From positions 62,001 to 126,000 of IMG/VR virus record IMGVR_UViG_3300042558_003926: DNA of 64,000 bases; one strand, 5' to 3'. The notes under the pieces were generated by a model. The model was not told where the DNA came from and did not search any database. It saw only the letters and a program-made list of their open reading frames with translations. Shown piece after piece: positions 49,962 through 58,208 of this stretch. A program made the translations under genes and the position numbers. Position 1 is the stretch's first letter, and the number at the start of each line of letters is the position of its first letter.

Positions 49962-50507
49962 ATGAAAATTAAGAAATTTGATTCCTTTGTATCCGAAAGT
50001 TTAAATGAAGACTCGTCACATTACGAGGGCAAAAACAAATTTAGCAAATGGCTAAGGGGAGTAAATGATAGGATTAAGTCCGAAGTGGACGATTCCAAAT
50101 TTTATTCTAGATATACAGACCCAAATACTGATAAATTTGTAGCTGCAAACAAGGCCACGGCTTTAATACCCGGAGCTTTTAGATTAATCATAGGAGCAGG
50201 TGCTGCTATATCAGACTTCTTTACAAAAGGGGATAATAAGGACACAGTATCAAAATACTCCAAAGAAGATCTTAGTAATAAAAAGGAAGAGATCATAAAT
50301 AAATGGGAGCAGGACAATATTAAATCAGATACAACAGAAGCTGACGCAGAAAAATTTTATAAATCTGGTGTTATCAAGGGTAAAAAATTCTTTGGACCCG
50401 ATTATGACCCGGTAAAACCCAAAAACAAGGACGAAGAAATCTACACTGATTATATAGATGGTGTGATGGAAAGATATTACAAAAGAACATCCAAATATGC
50501 CAAATAA
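49962..50507 (+). CDS. Putative internal head protein (MKIKKFDSFVSESLNE)
   Basis: CTS-like N-terminus; one mildly hydrophobic segment. Confidence 0.55.
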   Translation: MKIKKFDSFVSESLNEDSSHYEGKNKFSKWLRGVNDRIKSEVDDSKFYSRYTDPNTDKFVAANKATALIPGAFRLIIGAGAAISDFFTKGDNKDTVSKYSKEDLSNKKEEIINKWEQDNIKSDTTEADAEKFYKSGVIKGKKFFGPDYDPVKPKNKDEEIYTDYIDGVMERYYKRTSKYAK

Positions 50508-51426
50508 ACTGATGGATTTCTCAGGATTCTCCAGAGTGTTTGAAGGCGGAGCAGCTATAAAATCATCTAGGAGTATTAGAGAGGACGAGTTTCCTAAAAC
50601 ACTGGATAGCATAAAATCTATTTTATTTCCCATCCTAGGTATAAATCCAACCAAGGAGGGATCTCAATATCTTGTAATCGGTAGTATTGGGAAAAAGAAA
50701 AATCCGGAGGATACATCAGGAGATCTTGATATAGGATATGACAGCAGCTGGTTTTCTAGAGAACATGGGATCACTGCTAAGGAGTGTTCATCTGAGGTTT
50801 ATAAATTGGTCTCTCAGGATCTTCCTGAAAAATTAGGATTCGACCCGGAAATAAATCATATGAAGGGATTAAGCATAGTTAGTTTAGGCTGGCCAATCCA
50901 GGGTGATTTTAGTAAAGGGATAGTTCAGTTAGATTTAATCCCTGTATCCAGCATGGATTGGGCTAAATTTATTTATTATTCACCTAATTATAAAATAGCG
51001 GAGAGCAAATATAAATCGGCTCATAGAAATTGGTTATTGACAGCAATACTAGCATCAAGAAGAAGAATAATTAAGGTAGACCCGGATGGACAGGTATTGG
51101 ATTATGATTCTCCTGTTCTAATGCTCAGCGATGGTTTATTCTGGCACACAAAGTCATATGCAGGAAAAATTAAGTCCAGGTTAAAGAACCCTAAAAAAAT
51201 AGAGGGAAGCGAGAGATTTGTTACCAGGAATCCACAAGAATTTATAGATTTTACACTGGGGCCAGGGTATACTCCGGAGGAGGTAAAAACATTCGAGCAA
51301 GTATTTTCTATAATTAGCGATCCTTCTTTTGAATTATATGGTAATCTGGAGGAGATTAAGGATAAATTTAAGGAATATCTAGAAAGAACCGGTTTAGAGG
51401 TTCCGTCCGAAATAAATAGAATTTAA
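50497..51426 (+). CDS. Pol-beta-superfamily nucleotidyltransferase
   Basis: IGSIGKK...SGDLDIG (GS..DxD) plus a third Asp in VQLDL; leader MDFSGFSRVFE|GG. Confidence 0.75.
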   Translation: MPNKLMDFSGFSRVFEGGAAIKSSRSIREDEFPKTLDSIKSILFPILGINPTKEGSQYLVIGSIGKKKNPEDTSGDLDIGYDSSWFSREHGITAKECSSEVYKLVSQDLPEKLGFDPEINHMKGLSIVSLGWPIQGDFSKGIVQLDLIPVSSMDWAKFIYYSPNYKIAESKYKSAHRNWLLTAILASRRRIIKVDPDGQVLDYDSPVLMLSDGLFWHTKSYAGKIKSRLKNPKKIEGSERFVTRNPQEFIDFTLGPGYTPEEVKTFEQVFSIISDPSFELYGNLEEIKDKFKEYLERTGLEVPSEINRI

Positions 51427-51459
51427 TAGATATAATATACATTACTAAAAGAAGAAGAT

Positions 51460-53466
51460 ATGTCAGGAATAAGTCATCTATACGACATCTATAATAAGAA
51501 GGGGAAGGATTTTGTAGAAAAGCTTTTCAATTCTTATGTGACCGTTAATGAAAAAATGGACGGGTCAGCATTTGTGTTCGAGAGAGACGTAGAGACTGGC
51601 AAATTTATTTTTTATAAAAGAGATCAAAGAAATCCTATTACTATGGTGGATAGGACTTTAATGAAGTACTACGAAAAACCTATATTGTATATAGAAGCTC
51701 TACCTGCACATATTATTAAGGAAATTCCTAGAGGATGGAGATTTGGCTTGGAATACTTTTCAAATTCCAGTCCGGTAGAGATTGCTTACGATAGAGTTCC
51801 GAAGAATAATCTGATACTCTCCTATGTTAAGCCTAAAGGTGATTCGGACGCTGAGCAGATTACCGATAAAGAAAATCTTGATATGTGGGCTGATTTGATA
51901 GGAGTCGAAAGACCCCCTATAATTTTTCAGGGTATTCTATCTAAGGAGCAGAAAGATAAGATTCTAGATTTCCTTAGAACTCCATTTGATGAGCTTGTTA
52001 ATGAATATAAAACCAAGAGTTTTGTTAGGTTCATACTTAGTGTTCTTAATCCAGAGATAGAGAGCAGCGCACTAAACGACGATCTAGATAAGCCGATAGA
52101 GGGAATAGTATTTAGATTTAGCTCCGATGCAGATAAGGATAATGGAGGCGAGATTCTACTTTCTAAAATGGTGGATCCGGTATTTACAGAGATGGCCAAA
52201 TCTAAATCTAGTAAAAAATCAGAACAAAAACCTAGTGATTTTCTAGGAATCACAATCCTAGATGTGATGAATTTCATTCTGGACAAGGGAATAGAAAGCT
52301 TTAGAGTTAATGGAGATTCAGAGGATGAAAGATACATCTCCTTCATATCAGATGTTTTTTCTAAATTCTTAGAAGAATATGGATACAAATATAAAGGATC
52401 AGACTTTCAAGAGCCAGACTATCTAAAGAAAGATGAATTTAGGTTAAACCGTGATATGATCCGGGATCCTAGAGTTATGAAATGGATCGAAGAGGATGAT
52501 TCTTACGAATCGCTATTTAAGCTCATTTTGAATTCATTCAGGAAGATTAAGAAAAGGGCCGGCGGAATTATAACTCCCGGTATAATCGACCAATTTAATA
52601 TGCTGGTTTCTGATATAGATGGTGTTGTCAGAAAAAAGAAATTAGTTAAGGCTAATGAATCTGATATACCTTCATTCTTAGACTTTAAAAAGAATAATCT
52701 ATCGGCTGGAAATCTCGATCACCTAACTCTAGAAGGTGATGAAGCTGATGAAAATTTCGATGACCACTTTTATTCTTACAATGACTTCATCACTGCTTTA
52801 GAAACTATTGATTCTGTAGATAAGCCTAAAGTTGAAACCAAGCCGATAGACGATGAATCATTTAAGAGTGATCAGAAAGTTAAAAAGGGAGATTTACAGA
52901 AAGTAAATCTTATAGTTGGTAGATTCCAGCCTTTCCACAACGGACACATGAAAATGGTGGATGTTCTGATGGATAAGAACGGACTTCCATCGATAGTGGC
53001 AGTGGTTCATCCCGGGCATAACAAATCTGGTAATTCTCCATTCGATTCAACATTGGTTTCCAAGTATATGGAAAGCTTAATAAATGAAGCACCTCAAAAA
53101 ATACAGGGATATTTTATTGTCAATAGAGGACTTTTGGGTCCAATATGCAGTCGTGCTAAAGAACTTGGATATCTTCCAGTTTCCATTGGAAGCGGAGAGG
53201 ATAGATCGGAGGATTACAATAAACAATTTGACTTCCTAAAGAAATTAGGATCAGACTTCCCTGAATCTATAGAATTAGTAGAAACCCCAAGAAAAAATAG
53301 CGGGAGTGAAATAAGAGGATACTTAGATAACGAGGACTTTTTAGCATTTAAGAAATCAGTTCCTCAGTCAGTATCTTCTTTCTATCAGCAAATGGTTTCT
53401 TCTAAGAAAGGAAGAGGTATTTCAGAGAGCTTGGAAGTGGAAGACCTAGAAAAGAAAAATAAATAA
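51460..53466 (+). CDS. Fusion of an RNA-ligase-like (KxDG) domain and a HIGH-class cytidylyl/adenylyltransferase domain
   Basis: EKMDGS (motif I), FGLEYF (III), EGIVF (IV), SKMVD (V); C-terminal GRFQPFHNGH, GEDR and SGSEIR. Confidence 0.75.
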   Translation: MSGISHLYDIYNKKGKDFVEKLFNSYVTVNEKMDGSAFVFERDVETGKFIFYKRDQRNPITMVDRTLMKYYEKPILYIEALPAHIIKEIPRGWRFGLEYFSNSSPVEIAYDRVPKNNLILSYVKPKGDSDAEQITDKENLDMWADLIGVERPPIIFQGILSKEQKDKILDFLRTPFDELVNEYKTKSFVRFILSVLNPEIESSALNDDLDKPIEGIVFRFSSDADKDNGGEILLSKMVDPVFTEMAKSKSSKKSEQKPSDFLGITILDVMNFILDKGIESFRVNGDSEDERYISFISDVFSKFLEEYGYKYKGSDFQEPDYLKKDEFRLNRDMIRDPRVMKWIEEDDSYESLFKLILNSFRKIKKRAGGIITPGIIDQFNMLVSDIDGVVRKKKLVKANESDIPSFLDFKKNNLSAGNLDHLTLEGDEADENFDDHFYSYNDFITALETIDSVDKPKVETKPIDDESFKSDQKVKKGDLQKVNLIVGRFQPFHNGHMKMVDVLMDKNGLPSIVAVVHPGHNKSGNSPFDSTLVSKYMESLINEAPQKIQGYFIVNRGLLGPICSRAKELGYLPVSIGSGEDRSEDYNKQFDFLKKLGSDFPESIELVETPRKNSGSEIRGYLDNEDFLAFKKSVPQSVSSFYQQMVSSKKGRGISESLEVEDLEKKNK

Positions 53467-53472
53467 ACAGAA

Positions 53473-54015
53473 ATGAATAAATTCGTAACCAAATTTAGCG
53501 ATTTTAGTTTTCATATGAACGAGAGCGACGGATTCGGTACTTCTCCATTCTTAATGAAAAAGGAATCCGATATCTACCATTATTTCTTTAATCTAGATAA
53601 AGAAAGCGGAGAGACAGACGCATACCATTTAATTATCGGTAAGTATTCTGATCGTGAAGTAATCGAAGGGCCTAAAAATTCTTATTGCGTTCTAACGATA
53701 AATGAGATATCACCAGAAATCCTGGAAGACATTGCAGCTGATAAGGAAGATATTCCTAAGATGAATTCACAGAAATTTAAAATGGGATCTGGCGAACTAT
53801 CAAGATTGATGAAGTATGTTTACAAGTGTGTAAATGATTATCTCCAGATTAATCCAAAAGTTATTAGAATATATGATGAGGTTCAGGATAACTTAGTCTA
53901 TGACGGAAAGGGCTCATACCTAGAATATATGAAATCGATATCTCTTTCTGAACTTGGTACCAATTGGGCAGTACAAGAGGGATCGTCAAAAATGACCTTA
54001 ATTATCAGCAGATAA
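53473..54015 (+). CDS. Putative internal head protein (MNKFVTKFSDFSFHMNE)
   Basis: CTS-like N-terminus; no other motif recognised. Confidence 0.55.
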   Translation: MNKFVTKFSDFSFHMNESDGFGTSPFLMKKESDIYHYFFNLDKESGETDAYHLIIGKYSDREVIEGPKNSYCVLTINEISPEILEDIAADKEDIPKMNSQKFKMGSGELSRLMKYVYKCVNDYLQINPKVIRIYDEVQDNLVYDGKGSYLEYMKSISLSELGTNWAVQEGSSKMTLIISR

Positions 54016-54044
54016 GAAACTTTTTATAAATACATAGGTATAAT
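54016..54044 (+). promoter_or_regulatory. Putative middle promoter GAAAC-N18-TATAAT
   Basis: Intergenic, 22 nt before the Hc1-like ATG; also contains TATAAATA. Confidence 0.65.
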
Positions 54045-54066
54045 TACAAATTAAAAATAAAACAAA

Positions 54067-54243
54067 ATGGAAAAATTCGAACAGATTAAAGCTCTAATCG
54101 AGCAAACACAAGGAGACGTTGAGAAATTCTCAGCTAAAGGAAATTCAACTGCAGGAACTAGAGTAAGAAAAGCTATGCAGGAGTTAAAAAACTTAGCTCA
54201 AGAATTAAGAGTTGAAATCCAGGAGGCAAAAAATAAAGCTTAA
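54067..54243 (+). CDS. Histone H1-like (Hc1-family) nucleoid protein, Bacteroidota type
   Basis: Translated by hand (58 aa): MEKFEQIKALIEQTQGDVEKFSAKGNSTAGTRVRKAMQELKNLAQELRVEIQEAKNKA; KGN.AGTR.RK signature; missing from the ORF track. Confidence 0.85.
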   Translation: MEKFEQIKALIEQTQGDVEKFSAKGNSTAGTRVRKAMQELKNLAQELRVEIQEAKNKA

Positions 54244-54261
54244 TCACTAAAAAATTATCAA

Positions 54262-54498
54262 ATGAGCTATTGGGTAGTTAAAACCAAATTCGAATCTGGA
54301 GAGGTAAAAAAGAATGGGGATCCAGTTTATAAAAAAGCAGAATTTCTAGTTGCGGGTGACTCTGTCATCGAAGTAGAAAAGAAAGTTGCAGAGTATATGG
54401 ACGGCACCATCGGAGGCTACGAATCTTTCCAGGTTACAAAAACCAAAATCGAAGCCGTTATATACGACAAAAACAAATATGAAGAACAACTCCTCTAA
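54262..54498 (+). CDS. DUF4494-like protein
   Basis: W..K.KFE.....G..K...FLV.GDS..E.E pattern and TKIEAV resemble Bacteroidota DUF4494. Confidence 0.6.
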   Translation: MSYWVVKTKFESGEVKKNGDPVYKKAEFLVAGDSVIEVEKKVAEYMDGTIGGYESFQVTKTKIEAVIYDKNKYEEQLL

Positions 54499-54730
54499 AT
54501 CCGCTGAAACCAGTTTCTATGCTCCACCACAATCTCCAATTGCAATACAGCCCGGTGATACCGGATTCAAAACTGTAGGTAAGGGATATAATAGATTTAT
54601 CTGGACATTTGCGGACTGGCAGAAGGGGAAGAAGAAGATTATAGATCCTGATACCAATTGGGATCTGGCTTCAAAACCAATCACCCAGAAAGAATGGGAC
54701 AAAAAACAAAAAGACCTATATTTAAAATAG
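54479..54730 (+). CDS. Small hypothetical protein (83 aa)
   Basis: ATG at 54479 is in frame with track ORF 54386-54730; overlaps the previous gene by 20 nt. Confidence 0.55.
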   Translation: MKNNSSKSAETSFYAPPQSPIAIQPGDTGFKTVGKGYNRFIWTFADWQKGKKKIIDPDTNWDLASKPITQKEWDKKQKDLYLK

Positions 54731-54741
54731 GTCTTTTTTTT
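54708..54741 (+). terminator. Intrinsic terminator
   Basis: AAAAAGACCTAT / ATAGGTCTTTTT stem with T-run; late motif GATATATA follows at 54742-54749. Confidence 0.7.
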
Positions 54742-54764
54742 GATATATAGAATAAAGAAATTCT

Positions 54765-55535
54765 GTGGTTAAAATATTATCATTTAGCGAATATTTATTT
54801 GAAAGCTCGTCTCAGACGAGCAATGATTTAATTAATAGTTTTAAAAATGCCATAAAAACTACTCAGGCAGAAGAATCACCACGAGGGAGTAATAAAGGTC
54901 CTAAAGTCGAACCTTTACTGAAAGGAGTTGGTGCTGCCCCAGGTGCACCCTGGTGTGTAGCTTTTGTTCATGGTGTTCTAAATAAAACCAAATTTAGCCA
55001 GGATATTAAAAGCCAGATACCTAAAGATGCGGCGGTTAAATACCACTGGGAAAGAACCAAGGCTAAAAAAATCACATATAAACCAGGGATGGATCCTAAA
55101 AACATTCTGCCTGGTATGGTTTTTTGTTATCTAAGTAAGGATAAAAAAACTGGTACATATCCGGGACACGGTCACACTGGAATAGTTTTAAGTGTGGATA
55201 AGGAGAAAAGAGAATGGACTGGAATAGAAGGTAATACTAATCCACTTGATGGCGGTAGAGAGGGATATGGAACTTTTATAGTTACCAGAAAAATTGATGA
55301 TCCCAGTATATCCAAGGACAAAAAGGATCACCCATCTAAACCACTCGGATTTATTGATTATTTTTCCTCTCATAGAAAAAATCCGGAGTTTACTAAAACA
55401 TTCTCAGAAAACCTAAAGAGATTAAGAGACGATCTTCGACCAAAAACAAATAAAGAGATAGCTTATCTTAAGGCTAATCCAGGAGTATTAAAGGATTACG
55501 AGAATAACTATAATAACAGAAATAAAAGCAAATAA
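54765..55535 (+). CDS. CHAP-domain peptidoglycan hydrolase with CTS-like leader
   Basis: E..RGSNKGP.V, APWCVAFV (Cys), GHGHTGIV (His), IEGNT; GTG start; leader KILSFSEYLFE. Confidence 0.85.
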   Translation: MVKILSFSEYLFESSSQTSNDLINSFKNAIKTTQAEESPRGSNKGPKVEPLLKGVGAAPGAPWCVAFVHGVLNKTKFSQDIKSQIPKDAAVKYHWERTKAKKITYKPGMDPKNILPGMVFCYLSKDKKTGTYPGHGHTGIVLSVDKEKREWTGIEGNTNPLDGGREGYGTFIVTRKIDDPSISKDKKDHPSKPLGFIDYFSSHRKNPEFTKTFSENLKRLRDDLRPKTNKEIAYLKANPGVLKDYENNYNNRNKSK

Positions 55536-55536
55536 A

Positions 55537-55905
55537 ATGCCAGCAAGAAGCACAGCACAGCAGAGATTAATGGGTCAGGCATACGCTATAAAAATAGGAG
55601 CAATGGAACCTGAAGATTTAAATCCTAGATACCGAGCAGAGATTTTAAAGATTGCTAAAGGTATGACTAAAGATGAGCTTAAAAAATACGCTGAAACTAG
55701 ACAAAAAGGGCTTCCCCACTATGTTGACGAGTCGGAAATGAGTACATCATTGGAACCTATTCCATCTGACACCATGCCCAAATTTAATCCACATGGCCCG
55801 GGAAAAATAGTTCCATTCCTAGATCCCGATGCTAAACAAAAGAAGAAGGGGAGGGGTAACCTACAAAACCTTAAGGATTATAGAGATTGGATCAATCAGA
55901 AATAA
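55537..55905 (+). CDS. DUF3008-like protein
   Basis: MPARSTAQQRLMG.AYA.K...MTKDELKKYAET.QKGLP. Confidence 0.65.
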   Translation: MPARSTAQQRLMGQAYAIKIGAMEPEDLNPRYRAEILKIAKGMTKDELKKYAETRQKGLPHYVDESEMSTSLEPIPSDTMPKFNPHGPGKIVPFLDPDAKQKKKGRGNLQNLKDYRDWINQK

Positions 55906-55908
55906 TTC

Positions 55909-56496
55909 ATGTCTAGATTTCCCTCAAATCCAAAGATAGGGCAGGCCTTCCTTCCAAATCAGACTAATTTATATGTTTGGGGTGGACATCAATGGGTTCC
56001 AGGAACGGGAGTTTATGGATCTTTCTATGATATCCAGGACCAAACAGCCTCGGCTAGTACCGCAACCCCTATGATATTCAGGACTACTGATTTTTCTTAT
56101 GGTGTTTCTATTAAAGCTGACACTAGCGGGAATTTAACAAGAATATCTCCAGAGCACCCAGGAAGATATAATATTCAATTTTCTGCACAATTAGATAGGG
56201 TATCCGGATCTGGATTGGTCCAGGTTGACATATGGCTTAGAAAAAATGATGTTGATGTTCCATGGACAGGTACTAAAGTAACTCTTTCCGGTAATTCTAA
56301 TGCTTCCAAAATTGTTGCTGCTTGGAATTTCTTCGCCCAAACCCAATATGATTCGGACTACTTCCAGCTGATGTGGAGAACGACAGATGTCAACATACAT
56401 ATAATCTCGGAACCTGCAAACTCTGCACAACCCAATCCCGCAGCGTATCCTGGTATTCCTTCGATCATTCTCACCGTAAATCAAGTAGGATTCTAA
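55909..56496 (+). CDS. Small fibre/decoration protein with a C1q/TNF-like jelly-roll domain
   Basis: N-terminal FPSNPKIGQ...YVWGGHQW; YGSFYD, GRYNIQFSAQL, DIWLRKND, DYFQLMW, PSIILTV. Confidence 0.55.
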   Translation: MSRFPSNPKIGQAFLPNQTNLYVWGGHQWVPGTGVYGSFYDIQDQTASASTATPMIFRTTDFSYGVSIKADTSGNLTRISPEHPGRYNIQFSAQLDRVSGSGLVQVDIWLRKNDVDVPWTGTKVTLSGNSNASKIVAAWNFFAQTQYDSDYFQLMWRTTDVNIHIISEPANSAQPNPAAYPGIPSIILTVNQVGF

Positions 56497-56509
56497 GAAT
56501 ATATAGATT

Positions 56510-56923
56510 GTGAAACACGTTGTAAACTTTGAGGAATACGATCCAGCTGACGAGTATAAATTAGATTCTCGTAGATCGATTAATTTGGATAGAATAAGAA
56601 AATCCAGAGAATATAAAAGGATCATAGATCTTGGTTTTGAAGAGGAGACATCACATCAGCAGGATCTAAATAACACCATGAAGTTTATTAGAACCGAGAA
56701 CAAGCAAAGAGAGAAAGGACATGGTGATGTTTTTTATACAATACACCCGACCGGAACAGTTAGAAGATATAACCCTATAAGATCTAAAGAGACACCAGAG
56801 GGAAGCGGAAATGATATCAAGAAATTCATCGAACCGTTTAAGAGCATAGCAGATTACAAAAAAGGTTTGAACTATCTCTGGCAATATCTTAAGAGAAAAG
56901 AAGATAGAGGAGATTATAGATAA
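56510..56923 (+). CDS. Hypothetical protein (MKHVVNFEEY leader)
   Basis: GTG start preceded by GAATATATA (56497-56505); CTS-like N-terminus. Confidence 0.55.
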   Translation: MKHVVNFEEYDPADEYKLDSRRSINLDRIRKSREYKRIIDLGFEEETSHQQDLNNTMKFIRTENKQREKGHGDVFYTIHPTGTVRRYNPIRSKETPEGSGNDIKKFIEPFKSIADYKKGLNYLWQYLKRKEDRGDYR

Positions 56924-56928
56924 TAAAT

Positions 56929-57159
56929 ATGTGTGATTGTGGAGGATATAGCGTTACTGAACCTCTAAATCCCAGAAGGGGAGCAAAGGAGGTTAGCCAA
57001 ATAGACAACAAGTGGATTCTGGATAATCTAAACAGGAAACTTTTGGTTCAAGGTCCCATCTACGATATATACAATGATATTATAGGTTACATAACAAAGA
57101 ATGAGGATGGTAACACGGTTAGAATCTTCACCCATAATATCAAACAAATATTAGATTAA
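56929..57159 (+). CDS. Small hypothetical protein
   Basis: 76 aa; MCDCGG start; tight gene packing. Confidence 0.55.
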   Translation: MCDCGGYSVTEPLNPRRGAKEVSQIDNKWILDNLNRKLLVQGPIYDIYNDIIGYITKNEDGNTVRIFTHNIKQILD

Positions 57160-57163
57160 ACTT

Positions 57164-57634
57164 ATGTTTTATCCAACAGGAAATACAACCAAAGGAAGAT
57201 GCCTAGTCTGCATGGAGGACGAGAAACCAGAAATTGCAGAAGCACTAAACGAGTGCAACGAATCTTGCGTGACCGAGTGCATGGGAAAATGGTTAGAAGA
57301 GAAAAACTACTGCGTTGAAAAATGGCAGCTTAAGGAGTATCTTAAAGAAATGGGATGCAACGAGGATAAGATCATGGAGGATATGGGTGCTGCTCCAGCT
57401 CCTACCGCTGCTCCAGCCCCAGGACTTGCAACATTAGGTAATGTCCCAGGTATGGGTAATCCAACTCCTCCTTCCAATGATGGAACTAATGCTGGTTTTT
57501 ATGATTCAAGCAAAACAGGAAGCGGTGATAAATTTACCACATTAACTGCAGGGACTGCAGCTGCTAAGAAGAAAGGCAAAAAGGGTAAGAATCTTATATC
57601 TTATATGGATTTTATAAGGAATAGAAAAAAATAA
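57164..57634 (+). CDS. Hypothetical Cys/Glu-rich protein with low-complexity tail
   Basis: 156 aa; LNE/LKE/ME sites; C-terminal NLISYMDFI. Confidence 0.55.
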   Translation: MFYPTGNTTKGRCLVCMEDEKPEIAEALNECNESCVTECMGKWLEEKNYCVEKWQLKEYLKEMGCNEDKIMEDMGAAPAPTAAPAPGLATLGNVPGMGNPTPPSNDGTNAGFYDSSKTGSGDKFTTLTAGTAAAKKKGKKGKNLISYMDFIRNRKK

Positions 57635-57641
57635 ATCAGGG

Positions 57642-57724
57642 TGTCATTTTGACAATTCAATTTATAAAAAACACGGGGAAAGAAGACATTTAGTCTTCTT
57701 TTTTTGTGTGGAACTGTTTTTGTA
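57642..57724 (+). promoter_or_regulatory. Putative sigma54-like promoter (TGGAAC-N5-TTGT, 57709-57723) with upstream palindrome TGTCA-N3-TGACA (57642-57654)
   Basis: Exact -24/-12 spacing, two mismatches to TGGCAC-N5-TTGC. Confidence 0.4.
57671..57709 (+). terminator. Hairpin / intrinsic terminator
   Basis: AAAGAAGAC-ATTTA-GTCTTCTTT plus T-run; extendable by G:U pairs to ACAC/GTGT. Confidence 0.65.
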
Positions 57725-57750
57725 CTAAGATGAATAAAAAATAAAAAATC

Positions 57751-58131
57751 ATGAACACAAAAGAATTTAGAAACATGTTTCCAACAATTTTATCATCTAC
57801 ACTAAACGATTCCATTTTAGATAGCATCATATCTTTAAAATCTGGGGTATCTAAGAACTCATACAAGACGGAGGTAATAGATGGAAACCTTAGAATAGAA
57901 TTTCCTTTGCCTGGTTTATCTAAGGATGACATCTCGGTTTCTTTTGAAAGCGGTAAGCTTATCCTAGAGGTCAAGAAATCAGGGAATTGGTCGCTGGAGG
58001 GTAAGAGCACCTATTTGGTGTCGGAGTCATTCGACCCGGAAGGAGCTTCAGCGGAAATGAAGAATGGTGTTCTTGAGGTAAAAATTCCGGAAAGATCTAA
58101 AACTGGATCAAAAAAGATAACGATCATCTAA
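57751..58131 (+). CDS. Small heat-shock protein (Hsp20/alpha-crystallin)
   Basis: LPGLSKDDISVSFESGKLIL...SAEMKNGVLEVKIP. Confidence 0.9.
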   Translation: MNTKEFRNMFPTILSSTLNDSILDSIISLKSGVSKNSYKTEVIDGNLRIEFPLPGLSKDDISVSFESGKLILEVKKSGNWSLEGKSTYLVSESFDPEGASAEMKNGVLEVKIPERSKTGSKKITII

Positions 58132-58165
58132 TTTATTAAATTCCGAAATTTTTTAGTTTTTCCGT

Positions 58166-58173
58166 GATATATA
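58166..58173 (+). promoter_or_regulatory. Late promoter motif GATATATA
   Basis: Intergenic, upstream of 58209. Confidence 0.65.
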
Positions 58174-58208
58174 AATGACAATTTTAAAACTAAAATAAAA
58201 TAATTATC

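Noticed and set aside
54386-54478. Extended N-terminus of ORF 54386-54730
   Set aside because: Overlaps the DUF4494-like gene extensively; ATG 54479 preferred
57710-57740. GGAAC upstream of hsp20 as another middle promoter
   Set aside because: No TAKAAY at the 18-nt spacing; it fits the sigma54-like spacing better
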